From a virus, in the IMG/VR virus record IMGVR_UViG_3300003775_000074: a stretch of DNA of 64,000 nt. One strand, given 5' to 3'. Below the pieces are notes generated by a model, which saw only the letters and a program-made list of their open reading frames with translations, did no database searches and was not told the DNA's origin. Below are positions 1 to 9,990 of the stretch, piece after piece; the stretch's first letter is position 1; the number at the start of each line of letters is the position of its first letter. Made by a program: the position numbers and the translations under genes.

Positions 1-317
1 AGATATCGGAGCGAGATAAGTTCGTGTTCTCATCCGTCCGTGATGGCGATCGAGCTTTGAGCGACATGGCCATGAACGCAGCTCTCAGGCGTATTGGCGT
101 AGCTGCCGACGAGCATGTAGCGCACGGCTTTCGATCGAGCTTCAGCACGATCCTCAATGAGGCTGGCGAGAATGGTGAGATCATCGAAATCTGCCTGGCA
201 CACCAAGATCCGAACGGCGTGCGGCGCGTCTACAATCGGTCAGTGAAATGGGATGAGCGGAGCGCGCTTATGCAGCGATGGGCCGACATGCTCGACCAGT
301 TCCGTAAGCTGAAATGA
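1..317 (+). CDS. int: Tyrosine recombinase/integrase, P4-like, C-terminal part (5' truncated by window edge)
   Basis: Catalytic HGFR box, LAH and VRRVYNR (Tyr) motifs, and W..R..LMQ.WAD tail typical of P4-family integrases. The frame is open from the window start. Confidence 0.92.
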   Translation, partial: ISERDKFVFSSVRDGDRALSDMAMNAALRRIGVAADEHVAHGFRSSFSTILNEAGENGEIIEICLAHQDPNGVRRVYNRSVKWDERSALMQRWADMLDQFRKLK

Positions 318-341
318 AAAAGCCCCGGCCGAGACCGGGGC
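318..341 (-). terminator. Intrinsic terminator between convergent int and spanin genes
   Basis: GCCCCGG-ccgaga-CCGGGGC stem preceded by AAAA on +, giving a U-tract on -. Confidence 0.75.
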
Positions 342-416
342 AGTTTAGGGAGGAAACGCCCAAGGAGGGCAACGCCCAACCTACGGCTACCTAATTTATT
401 GTCAACATAAAGTTGA

Positions 417-671
417 TTAATAGGCCGTCGCATTATGACGCCTGCATTCGGCAGGCAGATAGAGCCCGATCGCGCAGCCGCCCGCGACAGTCTCGTTGAT
501 CGCGAGTTGATCCTTAGGCGTCGCCCCGCGGGTGCCAGGAAGATCGGTTCCGAGCGCGCGGCGCAGATCAGGGCCGGCACTTGCCGGCTTCGAAGTCGAA
601 TTGCAGCCCGCGAGCAGTGCACTCACGCAGGCCAAGGCGAGCAGCCTCACCAGCATTGCCAGCTTCCTCAT
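417..671 (-). CDS. Outer-membrane lipoprotein, putative o-spanin (Rz1-like)
   Basis: Signal peptide with lipobox LAG-C; overlaps the 3' end of the upstream TM gene in another frame; C-terminal Cys pair. Confidence 0.7.
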   Translation of the reverse strand: MRKLAMLVRLLALACVSALLAGCNSTSKPASAGPDLRRALGTDLPGTRGATPKDQLAINETVAGGCAIGLYLPAECRRHNATAY

Positions 672-804
672 TCTGTTGGTTGATCGAGTCGCGCTCCTTC
701 AGACGCCCATGTTCCTCGATCCCATCAACCGCAAGCTTGAGCGCGATAGCGAGCGCCGCCGCAGCCAGACAAATTGCAATCCATTTGACGGGGATTCCGA
801 ACAT
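568..804 (-). CDS. Putative i-spanin (Rz-like)
   Basis: Single N-terminal TM (WIAICLAAAALAIALKLAV), helical periplasmic part and C-terminal Cys pair; overlapped by a lipoprotein gene. Confidence 0.65.
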   Translation of the reverse strand: MFGIPVKWIAICLAAAALAIALKLAVDGIEEHGRLKERDSINQQNEEAGNAGEAARLGLRECTARGLQFDFEAGKCRP

Positions 805-903
805 GACGATCTCTCCAGCGACAGCGGCAATCTAACTCGCGGCCACTTGTCTATCAACATAATGTTGATTATATCGGCATTATGAGACGAAGGAGATGGG
901 GCG

Positions 904-1113
904 ATGGCGATTGATACGAACGAGCCAGCCGGTGAAACGCGCTATCTGCGCATCAACGACCTGACCGGACGCCTGCCGATATCGCGTCCGACGATCTATC
1001 GCCTGGCGAAGAAGGGGCAGTTCCCCAAGCCGGTCAAGTTCGGCGGATCGAGTGTTTGGATCGAGCGCGAGATATCCGATTGGGAACTCGCGCAGCAGAA
1101 GGCTCGCACTTAG
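904..1113 (+). CDS. alpA: AlpA-family excisionase/regulator
   Basis: YLRINDL..RLPISRPTIYRL.K.GQFPKPVKFGG.SVW.E.EI..W is the AlpA signature; RBS AAGGAG; next to a P4-type integrase. Confidence 0.9.
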   Translation: MAIDTNEPAGETRYLRINDLTGRLPISRPTIYRLAKKGQFPKPVKFGGSSVWIEREISDWELAQQKART

Positions 1114-1136
1114 CTACCCTACAACGGGTGATGGGT

Positions 1137-2300
1137 TTAGAACAACGCCCCAGCATAGGCCGGGTCTGGGGTGAAGCTCTGGACGCGATCCAACGCAGCG
1201 GCCTTGTATTTGCCGAGTTCCGCGTAGGCGAACGGCGTCATGTGGACGCTGTCGCTCTGGTAATAGGTGCGGTTCGCTGTCGCTGTGGTGCCAAGGCCAG
1301 GATCGGCCCAAGGGATCATGCGGCAATCGATACCGACGTCGATCCCGAGCGCTGCCTTGTTGGCCACAGCATAGCGAGCGATCTCACCGAATTTGTCATT
1401 CAGCGGCGTGGTCGTCCCGCGAGCCGCAGGCGTCATCAACACGATCTTCCAGCCGGGATATTTGGCCTTGACCGCCGTGATAAGAGGGGTCAGCGAGCTT
1501 TCGATGTAATTTATGCTGCCCGTGTAGGTGTAGCCCGGTGTCCCGGCAGGAACGGCGGCCATGCCGGGATTGCCATTCTGGTCGCCGTAGGCGACATCGT
1601 TCGTCCCGATCCAGAGGAAGACCACGCCAGTCTGGCGCGGGTGCAACACGCAGTTCGTGAAATGCTCGATATTGTCGAGGTGCGGCGAGCCCTGGCTGTA
1701 GGTCCAGCCAGAGATGTTCGTGCAGCGCCAACCGCCATGGCTGACATTGTACATCAGCCGCGACTTCGCGTTGCACGCCGTCTGCGAATAGCTTCGCTCG
1801 GGGGCCATGTAAGGGACCGGCGAGCCGTCAGAAGCGACGAACAGCGCCGGCAATGCTGAGTCGTGCCCAAGCAGCCCGAAATGCGTGGTTAGCAGGTTGA
1901 GATCGGGATAGGCGCCGGAGCCTGTCGGGCCTTCGCTAAGGCTGTCCCCGATATGGATGCAAACCAAAGAGTGCAGGCCGGGATTCCAGAGCGTCGGAAT
2001 GTTCCCCGTCGTCGTTTCGGTCGCTTCAGCGGTCGCGGAATTATACTGCGCGTCGCTGAAGTCGACCCCGGCCGTGACCAAGGCCGAATAGACCAGGTCC
2101 GGCATCACGATCGGGCGCTGCGTCGTATTTGTGGTCTTAAGCGTGCCGTACTGCGTCGTGCCGCGAGGGACGCCAACGACGCCACAAATGCGGCGGTGCA
2201 GATTGCGCTGGTCGGTCGGTCCGGGCGACGCGCTAGTGGCGGCTACGGAGGATTGAGCTGCATAGGCTTGGGCGGGGCGAATATGCTGAGCCATGGTCAA
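1137..2300 (-). CDS. SGNH/GDSL esterase-domain protein, probably virion-associated
   Basis: GDSL (GDSLSEG), G.ND (WIGTND) and D..H (DSVH) blocks after a Thr/Gly-rich N-terminus. Confidence 0.8.
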   Translation of the reverse strand: MTMAQHIRPAQAYAAQSSVAATSASPGPTDQRNLHRRICGVVGVPRGTTQYGTLKTTNTTQRPIVMPDLVYSALVTAGVDFSDAQYNSATAEATETTTGNIPTLWNPGLHSLVCIHIGDSLSEGPTGSGAYPDLNLLTTHFGLLGHDSALPALFVASDGSPVPYMAPERSYSQTACNAKSRLMYNVSHGGWRCTNISGWTYSQGSPHLDNIEHFTNCVLHPRQTGVVFLWIGTNDVAYGDQNGNPGMAAVPAGTPGYTYTGSINYIESSLTPLITAVKAKYPGWKIVLMTPAARGTTTPLNDKFGEIARYAVANKAALGIDVGIDCRMIPWADPGLGTTATANRTYYQSDSVHMTPFAYAELGKYKAAALDRVQSFTPDPAYAGALF

Positions 2301-3469
2301 ACCCCCGTCTGGAGGTAGCTGTCGATGGCAGCGCGGCGCGTCCCGTTCGGGACCTCGGCCAGCACGACCATGCGGAGGAGTTCAAAGAGGCCGGCTGCAT
2401 TGTTGGCAGAGTTATTGCCAAGCCTCAGACTGACGCTGTCTGTCGTGTTGAGCGTCGCGCCGGCAGCGCAGGTCTGCACGCCGTCTGCTGCGCCGTCGTA
2501 GTAATAAGTGACCTGCCCGGCCCCGACGAAATCGGCCTCGAACCCGATGCGGTGGAAGGTCGTCGTATCGGTCAGAGCGCCATTGTTCGGTGCGCCGAAG
2601 GAGGTTGTCGCAGCGGTCGACGTGACCAACGTTCCGTCCAGCGGCGAGGAAGCCAGGAAAGCCTTGCGGGCCGTCGTGCCGGCGCTGAAATAGAGAGAAC
2701 AGCGATCAGCCGTCGAGCCAGAGCCAGCCGCCGGGAACGTCAGGTTCAGCGTGCAACCTGTTCCTGTGCCAGTCGTCGCAACCGTCGTGATCGGATTGGT
2801 TGGCGTGACCGAGTAGTTGCCGCCGCTGAGAAGCTGGAATCCGGTGACTGCGCCGCCAGAGACGGACGAAACCTTGCCGAAGCCCTGCGTGCCGGTTCCG
2901 CCACTGAAGGTGAGATAATCACCTACCGCGTAGCCGGTGCCGCCAGCAGCGACCGCAACAGCAGTGGCCGACACGGTCGAGGTGGCCTCGGAACAGTAGA
3001 CCAGCGTGCGTTTCACCGTGCCGGCAAGCGGGCGGACCATCGCGTATACCGACGCAGCGCCCAGCCCGTTGAACAGCGACTTGCGCATGCAGTCCATGAC
3101 GCCGTCAGTCGCTGAGAACACCGGGCCGCCGTTCGGTCCCTTGATCGGCTGTAGCGCCTTGTCGCCTTGCAGAAACGCCGCGCCGGTTCCGCTCAGGTCT
3201 TCCAGATACGCAACCGTATCGAAGCCGACCGCGTCATATTCGACCGCCGCGCGATCCGTGCCGTTCTGGTCCTTGTAGGTCTTCGCGATATCCCACCATC
3301 CGATGAGATTGGTGGCTCCGAACGAAGGCGTCGGCAGCACGAAAGCTTGTGGCCCAGGAGGCGACCCACCACCCGTGCCAAGGCGGTTCGGACCAAACGG
3401 ACCGGGAGCGCTCAGAGCACCGCGTCTGGAGAGAAAGCCGCCTCGTGAAAGTGCCCGATCGAACGACAA
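2297..3469 (-). CDS. Gly/Thr-rich fibre-like virion protein
   Basis: Beta-rich GGTGYAVGD..T.SGG and TGTGTG segments typical of phage appendage proteins; coupled by overlap to the SGNH gene. Confidence 0.55.
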   Translation of the reverse strand: MSFDRALSRGGFLSRRGALSAPGPFGPNRLGTGGGSPPGPQAFVLPTPSFGATNLIGWWDIAKTYKDQNGTDRAAVEYDAVGFDTVAYLEDLSGTGAAFLQGDKALQPIKGPNGGPVFSATDGVMDCMRKSLFNGLGAASVYAMVRPLAGTVKRTLVYCSEATSTVSATAVAVAAGGTGYAVGDYLTFSGGTGTQGFGKVSSVSGGAVTGFQLLSGGNYSVTPTNPITTVATTGTGTGCTLNLTFPAAGSGSTADRCSLYFSAGTTARKAFLASSPLDGTLVTSTAATTSFGAPNNGALTDTTTFHRIGFEADFVGAGQVTYYYDGAADGVQTCAAGATLNTTDSVSLRLGNNSANNAAGLFELLRMVVLAEVPNGTRRAAIDSYLQTGV

Positions 3470-3472
3470 CGA

Positions 3473-3805
3473 TCAGCCCCAAAATTCGAGAGTGACTTCG
3501 CAGGCTTCAGCGGAGATCAGGGAGATGAAGCCCATGTTGCCGAGCGATCGGACTGCAGGGTTCAGGACCGAAGCGCTCCCGTTCGTGACGTCGACGCTCG
3601 GAACCGTCGCGACGACACTGGTATCGCCGAACTTTGCGCGGAAATCTTTGGTCCCAGCCATGGACACATACTTGGCGCCTGACGGCACGGTGACCTTCTT
3701 GGCGGCGCCAGCGGTAAGCAGAATTGCCTGAACGCTGTCACTCGGGATCGGCGCAAATGCGACGCGAGGATCGCCCGACACAGGGGTTTGTCTGAAAGAC
3801 CGCAT
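3473..3805 (-). CDS. Small beta-rich putative virion protein
   Basis: 110 aa ORF with an RBS (GGGAG), first gene of the leftward block divergent from terS. Confidence 0.55.
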   Translation of the reverse strand: MRSFRQTPVSGDPRVAFAPIPSDSVQAILLTAGAAKKVTVPSGAKYVSMAGTKDFRAKFGDTSVVATVPSVDVTNGSASVLNPAVRSLGNMGFISLISAEACEVTLEFWG

Positions 3806-3895
3806 CGGAAGCTCCCGTTGAGATTTCCCAACGTCATACCGGACACTTGCGCATAATTCAACATAAGGTTACTTATTCTCCAATATGTTGAATGG

Positions 3896-4495
3896 ATGAC
3901 CATGACCTTTGACGACCTACTCGGTGGCGCCGAACCAACGCCTTCGCGATCCAAGCTGAGCGCCAATAAGGAGGCCATCAGCAAGGGCGTTTCGATCCCT
4001 TGGTTGGGGGTACACTTCAACAAGACCCGCAAGGCAGTCATGGAGGCTTTGCGCGATTGCGAGCCTATTGGAAACGGGAAGGGTGGCGGCGCGGTCTACG
4101 ATCTCGCTGAAGCCGCATCATATCTCGTGACGCCTCGGCGCGAGCTTCGCGATCTTATCCGTTCGCTGACGGCGAAGGATCTCCCGCAGGAACTGCGTGA
4201 GACCTATTGGAACGCTAAAATCAAGGAAGCCAAATACCGGGCGATGGCTGGCGAGCTTTGGCCGACGAACGCGGTCCTTCACAAGCTGGGTGAGACGTTC
4301 AAGACGATCAAACACACGACGCAGTTGTGGGTCGAGACGATCGACGAATCGAAAGGCCTCTCGAACGAACAGCGGATGCTTCTGCGGGAGCTGGTCGATC
4401 AGCTCATGAAGGAGCTGCACGAAGCGCTTGTTGCCAACGCTCAGAATTCGACGACGGAAAGCTTCGTGGCGGAACTCGATGAAGACGATTCGTAA
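3896..4495 (+). CDS. terS: Terminase small subunit (DUF1441-like)
   Basis: HTH-like N-terminus (VYDLAEAA.YL) and coiled C-terminus; overlaps the terL start. Confidence 0.85.
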   Translation: MTMTFDDLLGGAEPTPSRSKLSANKEAISKGVSIPWLGVHFNKTRKAVMEALRDCEPIGNGKGGGAVYDLAEAASYLVTPRRELRDLIRSLTAKDLPQELRETYWNAKIKEAKYRAMAGELWPTNAVLHKLGETFKTIKHTTQLWVETIDESKGLSNEQRMLLRELVDQLMKELHEALVANAQNSTTESFVAELDEDDS

Positions 4496-6593
4496 GGCAG
4501 CCTTTCGTTCGCTCGAAGACATGATCGTCGCCGCATCCGAAATGGTGCGGCCTGCTGAGCGCCTTTCCGTTTCACAGGCGACGACGAAGTACCGCTACCT
4601 CAACAACCCCGGCTCCTATGTCGGCCCCTGGCTGCATAGCAAGACGCCTTACCTCGTCGAGCCCATGGATGAATTGGGTAGCCTCGATTTGACCGGGCTC
4701 GTTTTCGTCGGGCCGGCGCGTACCGGCAAATCCGACATGTTTTTCAACTGGCTTGCCAGTACGGCCATTTGCGACCCTGCCGACATGATGATCGTCCATA
4801 TGACGAAGAATGTCGCACGCGACTGGTCCAACACGCCGCTTGCCCGAATGCTTCGTCATAGTGAAGAGGTCGGTAAGCGCATGGTGCCGGGCCGTCAGAA
4901 CAACAACGTCCATGACAAGCGCTTCAAGAGCGGCATGGAACTGCTGATCAAATGGCCCGTCATCACAGAGCTTTCAGGCAAGACCTTGCCGCGCGTCTGG
5001 TTCGCCGACTATGACCGCATGGAAGACAGCATCGACGGTGAAGGCCCCGCCTTCGATCTCGGGCGTAAACGCACCGAGACCTATAAGCGCTTCGGAATGA
5101 CAGTCGCCGAATCCTCCCCTGGCCGCGAGGTTGAGGATGCGAAGTGGGTGCCGCGAACCCTGCACGAAGCGCCGCCCACGAAGGGCATTCTCCAGCTCTA
5201 TAATCGTGGTGATCGGCGCCGCTGGTATTGGCGCTGCCTGCACTGCCGCGCGTCCTTCGAACCTGATTTCAAGCTGTTCAATTACCCGAGCAGTGAGGAT
5301 CTGTGGGAAGCCGCTGAGCTGGTGACCATGAAATGCCCGCACTGCGGTTATGACCACGATCCATCCATGAAGAACGATCTGCAGGAGCTGAATTACAACG
5401 CCCGCTGGATCAAGGATGGAATGATCTGGCATCCAAACGGCGACATCACCGGTAAGCCGATCAAGACCGATATCGGGTCCTTCTGGATGAAAGGCCCTGC
5501 TGCCGCCTTTCAGGACTGGCAATCGCTCGTCTTCAACTTCTTGCAGGCGTCGAAGGCTTATGAGGACACGGGTGACGAGGAGCCGCTTCGGAAGACGATC
5601 ACTGCCGATCAGGGTAACCCTTATGTGCCGAAGGCGACGCAGTCGAACCGGCTGCCTGAACAGTTGCGCGATCGAGCGCAGAATTGGGGTGGCTCAAAGG
5701 AAGACCCGGTCGTGCCGGCAGGCGTCCGATTCCTGATCGCTACGATCGACGTGCAAAAGAACGCCTTCGTTGTGCAGGTTCACGGCCTGGCGCTTGGCGG
5801 CGACGTCTATTTGGTCGACATGTTCAAAATCAGAAAGTCGGAACGACTGGATGAAGATGGCGAGCGTCATCAGCTCGATCCTGCTTCCTATGCGGAAGAT
5901 TGGCACCTTCTCGTCGACAAGGTGATTGAACGCACCTATCCGCTGTCCGATGAAAGCGGTCGCCGCATGTCGATCAAGATGACGGGGTGCGACTCGGGCG
6001 GTGAAGCCGGCGTGACGCCTAATGCTTACGCCTTCTGGCGATGGCTGCGTGATGAGCACGAGGCGGGGCATCATCGTCGATTCCAACTCGTGAAGGGTGA
6101 GCCGTCGAAGTCCGCTCCGCGTATTCGGCTGAGCTATCCAGATAGCCAGAAGAAGGATCGCCATTCGGGCGCACGCGGTGACGTGCCGGTCCTCTTCATC
6201 AACTCGAACATCCTCAAGGATCAGATTGCCGGCATGATCGGCCGCACCGAGGCAACTGAAAGCGCGAGCAATCTCGCGGGCATGGTCAATTTCCCGGTTT
6301 GGGCTGAGAACTGGCTTTACACTCAGCTCACCGCGGAAATTCGAACGGCGAAAGGATGGGAAAATCCGCGCAAAAAGCGCAACGAGGCCTTCGACCTTCT
6401 TGCTTACTGCATCGCTCTTTGCCTCATGCCCGAAATCCGACTGGAAAAAATCGACTGGCTGAGTCCTCCCATTTGGGCGGATGAGTGGGAACGAAACGTC
6501 TTGGTCTTCAATCCTGTGACGCAGAACTTGCCGATCACAGCCAAGCCCGCAGTGAAGCGTGATCTGCGGAAGCTTGCGGAAGCTTTGACTTAG
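4479..6593 (+). CDS. terL: Terminase large subunit, lambda gpA family
   Basis: Walker A GPARTGKS, ESSP, Zn knuckles (CLHC, CPHC) and nuclease TIDVQ, DSGG and NEAFDL motifs. Start placed at ATG 4479. Confidence 0.95.
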   Translation: MKTIRKAAFRSLEDMIVAASEMVRPAERLSVSQATTKYRYLNNPGSYVGPWLHSKTPYLVEPMDELGSLDLTGLVFVGPARTGKSDMFFNWLASTAICDPADMMIVHMTKNVARDWSNTPLARMLRHSEEVGKRMVPGRQNNNVHDKRFKSGMELLIKWPVITELSGKTLPRVWFADYDRMEDSIDGEGPAFDLGRKRTETYKRFGMTVAESSPGREVEDAKWVPRTLHEAPPTKGILQLYNRGDRRRWYWRCLHCRASFEPDFKLFNYPSSEDLWEAAELVTMKCPHCGYDHDPSMKNDLQELNYNARWIKDGMIWHPNGDITGKPIKTDIGSFWMKGPAAAFQDWQSLVFNFLQASKAYEDTGDEEPLRKTITADQGNPYVPKATQSNRLPEQLRDRAQNWGGSKEDPVVPAGVRFLIATIDVQKNAFVVQVHGLALGGDVYLVDMFKIRKSERLDEDGERHQLDPASYAEDWHLLVDKVIERTYPLSDESGRRMSIKMTGCDSGGEAGVTPNAYAFWRWLRDEHEAGHHRRFQLVKGEPSKSAPRIRLSYPDSQKKDRHSGARGDVPVLFINSNILKDQIAGMIGRTEATESASNLAGMVNFPVWAENWLYTQLTAEIRTAKGWENPRKKRNEAFDLLAYCIALCLMPEIRLEKIDWLSPPIWADEWERNVLVFNPVTQNLPITAKPAVKRDLRKLAEALT

Positions 6594-6673
6594 AAATCAA
6601 CATAATGTTGCATTTGATCGGGTAAGAGGATATTCCTCGCCGATCGGAATGTTTCGATCGGCGGCGGGCTCGT

Positions 6674-6883
6674 ATGACGGATCAAGAGCGACTGGCAGCG
6701 GCGGAAACGGCTTACCATAGGCTGATGACCGGCACCTCTGTTCAGGAGGTCGTGGATCAGAATGGTGAGCGCGTTCGCTATGCGCCGGCCAATGCCTTCC
6801 GTCTTGCCACCTACATTGCCGAGCTGAAAGCGCTTCTCGGCCTGACCAAGAGTTCTGGTCCCATGAGGTTTTGGGGCCGATGA
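6674..6883 (+). CDS. Head-tail joining protein, gpW family
   Basis: LAAAETAYHRLMTG.SV.EV.DQNGERVRY...L..YIAEL lies between terL and portal, as in lambda. Confidence 0.9.
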   Translation: MTDQERLAAAETAYHRLMTGTSVQEVVDQNGERVRYAPANAFRLATYIAELKALLGLTKSSGPMRFWGR

Positions 6884-8628
6884 CCTGGCTTGATCCCCAA
6901 ACAATGGCATTGCTCGGCGATCCGCCTCCGTCGAGTAATTCTCCCGCGCCTGACGGTTCCAGGGCTTCTCCGTCAGGCGCGGGTCGAGAGATGTCGATCG
7001 CAGGTGACGCCTATGAAGGCGCCAGCCATTTCAGCCGCGAGATGGCTATGTGGCAGCCGCCGATGCGGTCGGCCGACAACGACATCCTGCCTCAAAAGCG
7101 CACGGCGGATAGCCGAGTGCGCGACACGCTCCGCAACGACTCTTATGTCCGAGGCGGCGCGACGCTGCACAAGGACAACATTGTCGGCGGCATGTTCATG
7201 CTCAATTCCAAACCGGCATCAAAGGTGCTGCTTGGAAAGCAGGACGATGTTTTCGAGGAGGAGTTTCAGGAGGAAACGGAGACCCGCTTCACCCTTTGGG
7301 CGGAATCGCCCGACAATTGGGTGGATGCGCAGCGCGTCAATACCTTCACTGGACTCGTTCGCCTCGCGGTCGGCGTTCATACGGCTGCCGGCGAAGTGTT
7401 GGCCGCGGTAGAGTGGTTGCGCGATTGGGAAAGCTTGCGCCCGTTTAACACTGCCATCCAGTTCGTCGATCTCGATCGCCTTTCCACGCCGCCAGATCTG
7501 AGCGGCAACCGCAACGTGCGCGGCGGCGTTGAGCGCAACAAGTTCGGCGCTCCGCAGGCCTATCACGTCCGCATGGCCCATCCGACCGACTACATGACGC
7601 CGGATGCCTGGACCTGGAAGCGGGTGCCCGTTCGCAAGCCGTGGGGTCGGCTGCAGATGATCCATCTCTACGAGACGGAGCGTCCCGACCAGACCCGCGG
7701 CATTTCCGAGATGGTGACGGCGCTCAAGGAGATGCGTCAGACCAAGGACTTCCGCGAGATCGTCTTGCAGAACGCCGTGGTCAACGCGACCTATGCGGCC
7801 TCGATCGAATCCGATCTCGACACCGACGCAATTTTTACGCGTCTCGGCGGCGGGAACGTCGGCGAAGAAGAGCTGGATAAAGCGGTTCAGGGATACATGA
7901 GCGCCTATTTGGGCGCGGTGTCGGAATACATCGGCGATCGGAAGCAGTTTCAGATCGGCGGCGTCCGCATCCCTCATCTGCCGCCCGGTTCGAAACTCCA
8001 GCTTCGCCCCGCTGGTCAAGGCGGCCCGCTCGGCACCGAGTTCGAACAGTCGCTGCTCCGCTACATCGCGGCGACGCTCGGTGTTTCCTACGAGCAGCTT
8101 TCCCGCGACTACACCCGCACGAACTATTCCAGCGCTCGCGCCGCGATGACCGAGACCTGGAAGTTCATGCAGGCCCGCAAGAAGATGATGGCCGATCGCT
8201 TCGCGACGATCGTCTATCGGCTGTGGCTGGAAGAGGCGCTGAACAAGGGCATCATCACGAGCCTCCCGCGCAAGTTCGCATCGCGAAATGACACCTCGTG
8301 GCTCTACGAGAGTCAGAACTTCGACGCCATCGCCGCTTGCGATTGGATCGGCGCCAGCCGTGGTCAGATTGACGAGCTGAAAGAGACGCAGGCTGCGGTT
8401 CTGCGCCTCAAATACAACCTCTCGACCCATGAGGACGAGTTGGCTCGACTCGGCAAGGACTATCGCCAGTCGTTCCGCCAGAAGGCGCGCGAGACGGTGA
8501 GGCAGAAGGATCTCGGTATCGAGCCGAGCGAAGAGGCTCAGAGCATCAAGGCCGTCTCGGGCTCACCGCAGCAGCGACAGGCCAAGGATGAAAAGAACGA
8601 CGGCTCCGAGGACAACACCGATGAATAA
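6880..8628 (+). CDS. Portal protein, lambda gpB family
   Basis: RP.QTRGIS, LG.SYEQLSRDY...NYSSARA and IDELKE motifs; ATGA overlap with gpW. Confidence 0.95.
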   Translation: MTWLDPQTMALLGDPPPSSNSPAPDGSRASPSGAGREMSIAGDAYEGASHFSREMAMWQPPMRSADNDILPQKRTADSRVRDTLRNDSYVRGGATLHKDNIVGGMFMLNSKPASKVLLGKQDDVFEEEFQEETETRFTLWAESPDNWVDAQRVNTFTGLVRLAVGVHTAAGEVLAAVEWLRDWESLRPFNTAIQFVDLDRLSTPPDLSGNRNVRGGVERNKFGAPQAYHVRMAHPTDYMTPDAWTWKRVPVRKPWGRLQMIHLYETERPDQTRGISEMVTALKEMRQTKDFREIVLQNAVVNATYAASIESDLDTDAIFTRLGGGNVGEEELDKAVQGYMSAYLGAVSEYIGDRKQFQIGGVRIPHLPPGSKLQLRPAGQGGPLGTEFEQSLLRYIAATLGVSYEQLSRDYTRTNYSSARAAMTETWKFMQARKKMMADRFATIVYRLWLEEALNKGIITSLPRKFASRNDTSWLYESQNFDAIAACDWIGASRGQIDELKETQAAVLRLKYNLSTHEDELARLGKDYRQSFRQKARETVRQKDLGIEPSEEAQSIKAVSGSPQQRQAKDEKNDGSEDNTDE

Positions 8629-9922
8629 TCGCTTCGCGGCCCTCTTCGCCGACAACGAACCGAGCCTGGTCGCGCCCGAGAAGCAGGGCGCTTTCGAGTC
8701 GTGCCTGCATCAGGCGAACGCCATTCAGACCCGTCTCGATGCGGATATGTCTGCGCCGCACATGATCGACGACTTCTGGTTCGCGGACACCGACTGGCGA
8801 TCAGCCTACCGGCCTTACATCGTGCGCGACGGCATCTTGCAGATCCCCGTCAAGGGTGTGCTGCTGCACGACTTTCCGTGGCAGTTCGGATCGTTTGCGA
8901 CCGGTTACGACTACATCTGGCGTGCGTTCAAGCGCGGCCACGAGGACGGGAATGTTCGCGGCGTCGCCTTCGTCGAGGACTCGCCGGGCGGCATGGTCGC
9001 CGGCTGCTTCGACCTGGTCGACCGTGTTCACGCTTTCCCGAACCGGAAGCCCCTACGCGCCTTTGCGCAGGAGAGCGCCTATTCCGCCGCTTACGCGGTG
9101 GCGTCCGTCGCTGACAGCATCACCGTCTCGCGCACTGGCGGCGTCGGCTCGATCGGCGTGGTCACCGCACATGTCGATGTCAGCAAAATGATGGATGAGG
9201 CGGGCTTCAAGATCACCTTCATCCACTTCGGCAAACACAAGGTGGATGGCAATCCTTACGAGGCGCTGAAGCCCGAGGTGAAGGAACGAATCCAGGCTCG
9301 CATTGACGAGCTTGGCGAGGTTTTCGTGTCGAGTGTGGCACGAAATCGCGGCATGGAGGCCGACGACATTCGGGCAACCGAAGCGCTGACCTTCACTGCC
9401 ACTCAAGCAGTGTCGAATGGGTTGGCCGATTCCATCGGCTCGCTTGACGACGCCATTGCGACGTTTGTCGCAGACCTGTCCCTAGACGAAGGAGACGAAC
9501 AGATGTCCAACCAGGACAAGTCCACGGCGGTCGATCAGGCCGCCCACGAAGCCGGCGTGACCACTGCCCGCGCGGAAGGCCGCAACGAAGGTCTGAAGGC
9601 CGGTGCGGTCGCCGAGCGCGAGCGTATCAATGCCATCATCGGCAGCGACGAGGGCAAGGCCCGTCCGAAGGCGGCGCTCTCGGCCGCGCTCAAGACCGAC
9701 ATGACCGTCGAGCAGGCCAAGGCCTTCCTCGGCGATCTTTCCGAGGAGAAGGCTTCGACCACGGAGACGGCGGCGCCCAAGGGCCAGTCCCCCTTCGAGA
9801 CTGCCATGGGGAAGACGGACAACCCCAATGTCGGCGCCGCTGCGCAGGGCGAGGAAGAGCGTTCCGAGGTGCCCCGCCATGAACGGGCGCTGCAGCTCGC
9901 GGGGAAGACCAAGCGCGCCTGA
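8621..9922 (+). CDS. Head maturation protease S49 with C-terminal scaffold (lambda gpC/Nu3-like)
   Basis: DSPGG, AYSAAYA.AS, GSIGV and G..K motifs; C-terminal ER.RI.AI scaffold region. Confidence 0.92.
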   Translation: MNNRFAALFADNEPSLVAPEKQGAFESCLHQANAIQTRLDADMSAPHMIDDFWFADTDWRSAYRPYIVRDGILQIPVKGVLLHDFPWQFGSFATGYDYIWRAFKRGHEDGNVRGVAFVEDSPGGMVAGCFDLVDRVHAFPNRKPLRAFAQESAYSAAYAVASVADSITVSRTGGVGSIGVVTAHVDVSKMMDEAGFKITFIHFGKHKVDGNPYEALKPEVKERIQARIDELGEVFVSSVARNRGMEADDIRATEALTFTATQAVSNGLADSIGSLDDAIATFVADLSLDEGDEQMSNQDKSTAVDQAAHEAGVTTARAEGRNEGLKAGAVAERERINAIIGSDEGKARPKAALSAALKTDMTVEQAKAFLGDLSEEKASTTETAAPKGQSPFETAMGKTDNPNVGAAAQGEEERSEVPRHERALQLAGKTKRA

Positions 9923-9990
9923 CGGCAAGCCGATCGTTGGGTGGGAAACCGCCTGAATAATCAACATTTTGTTGAAAGAGAGAAATCATC

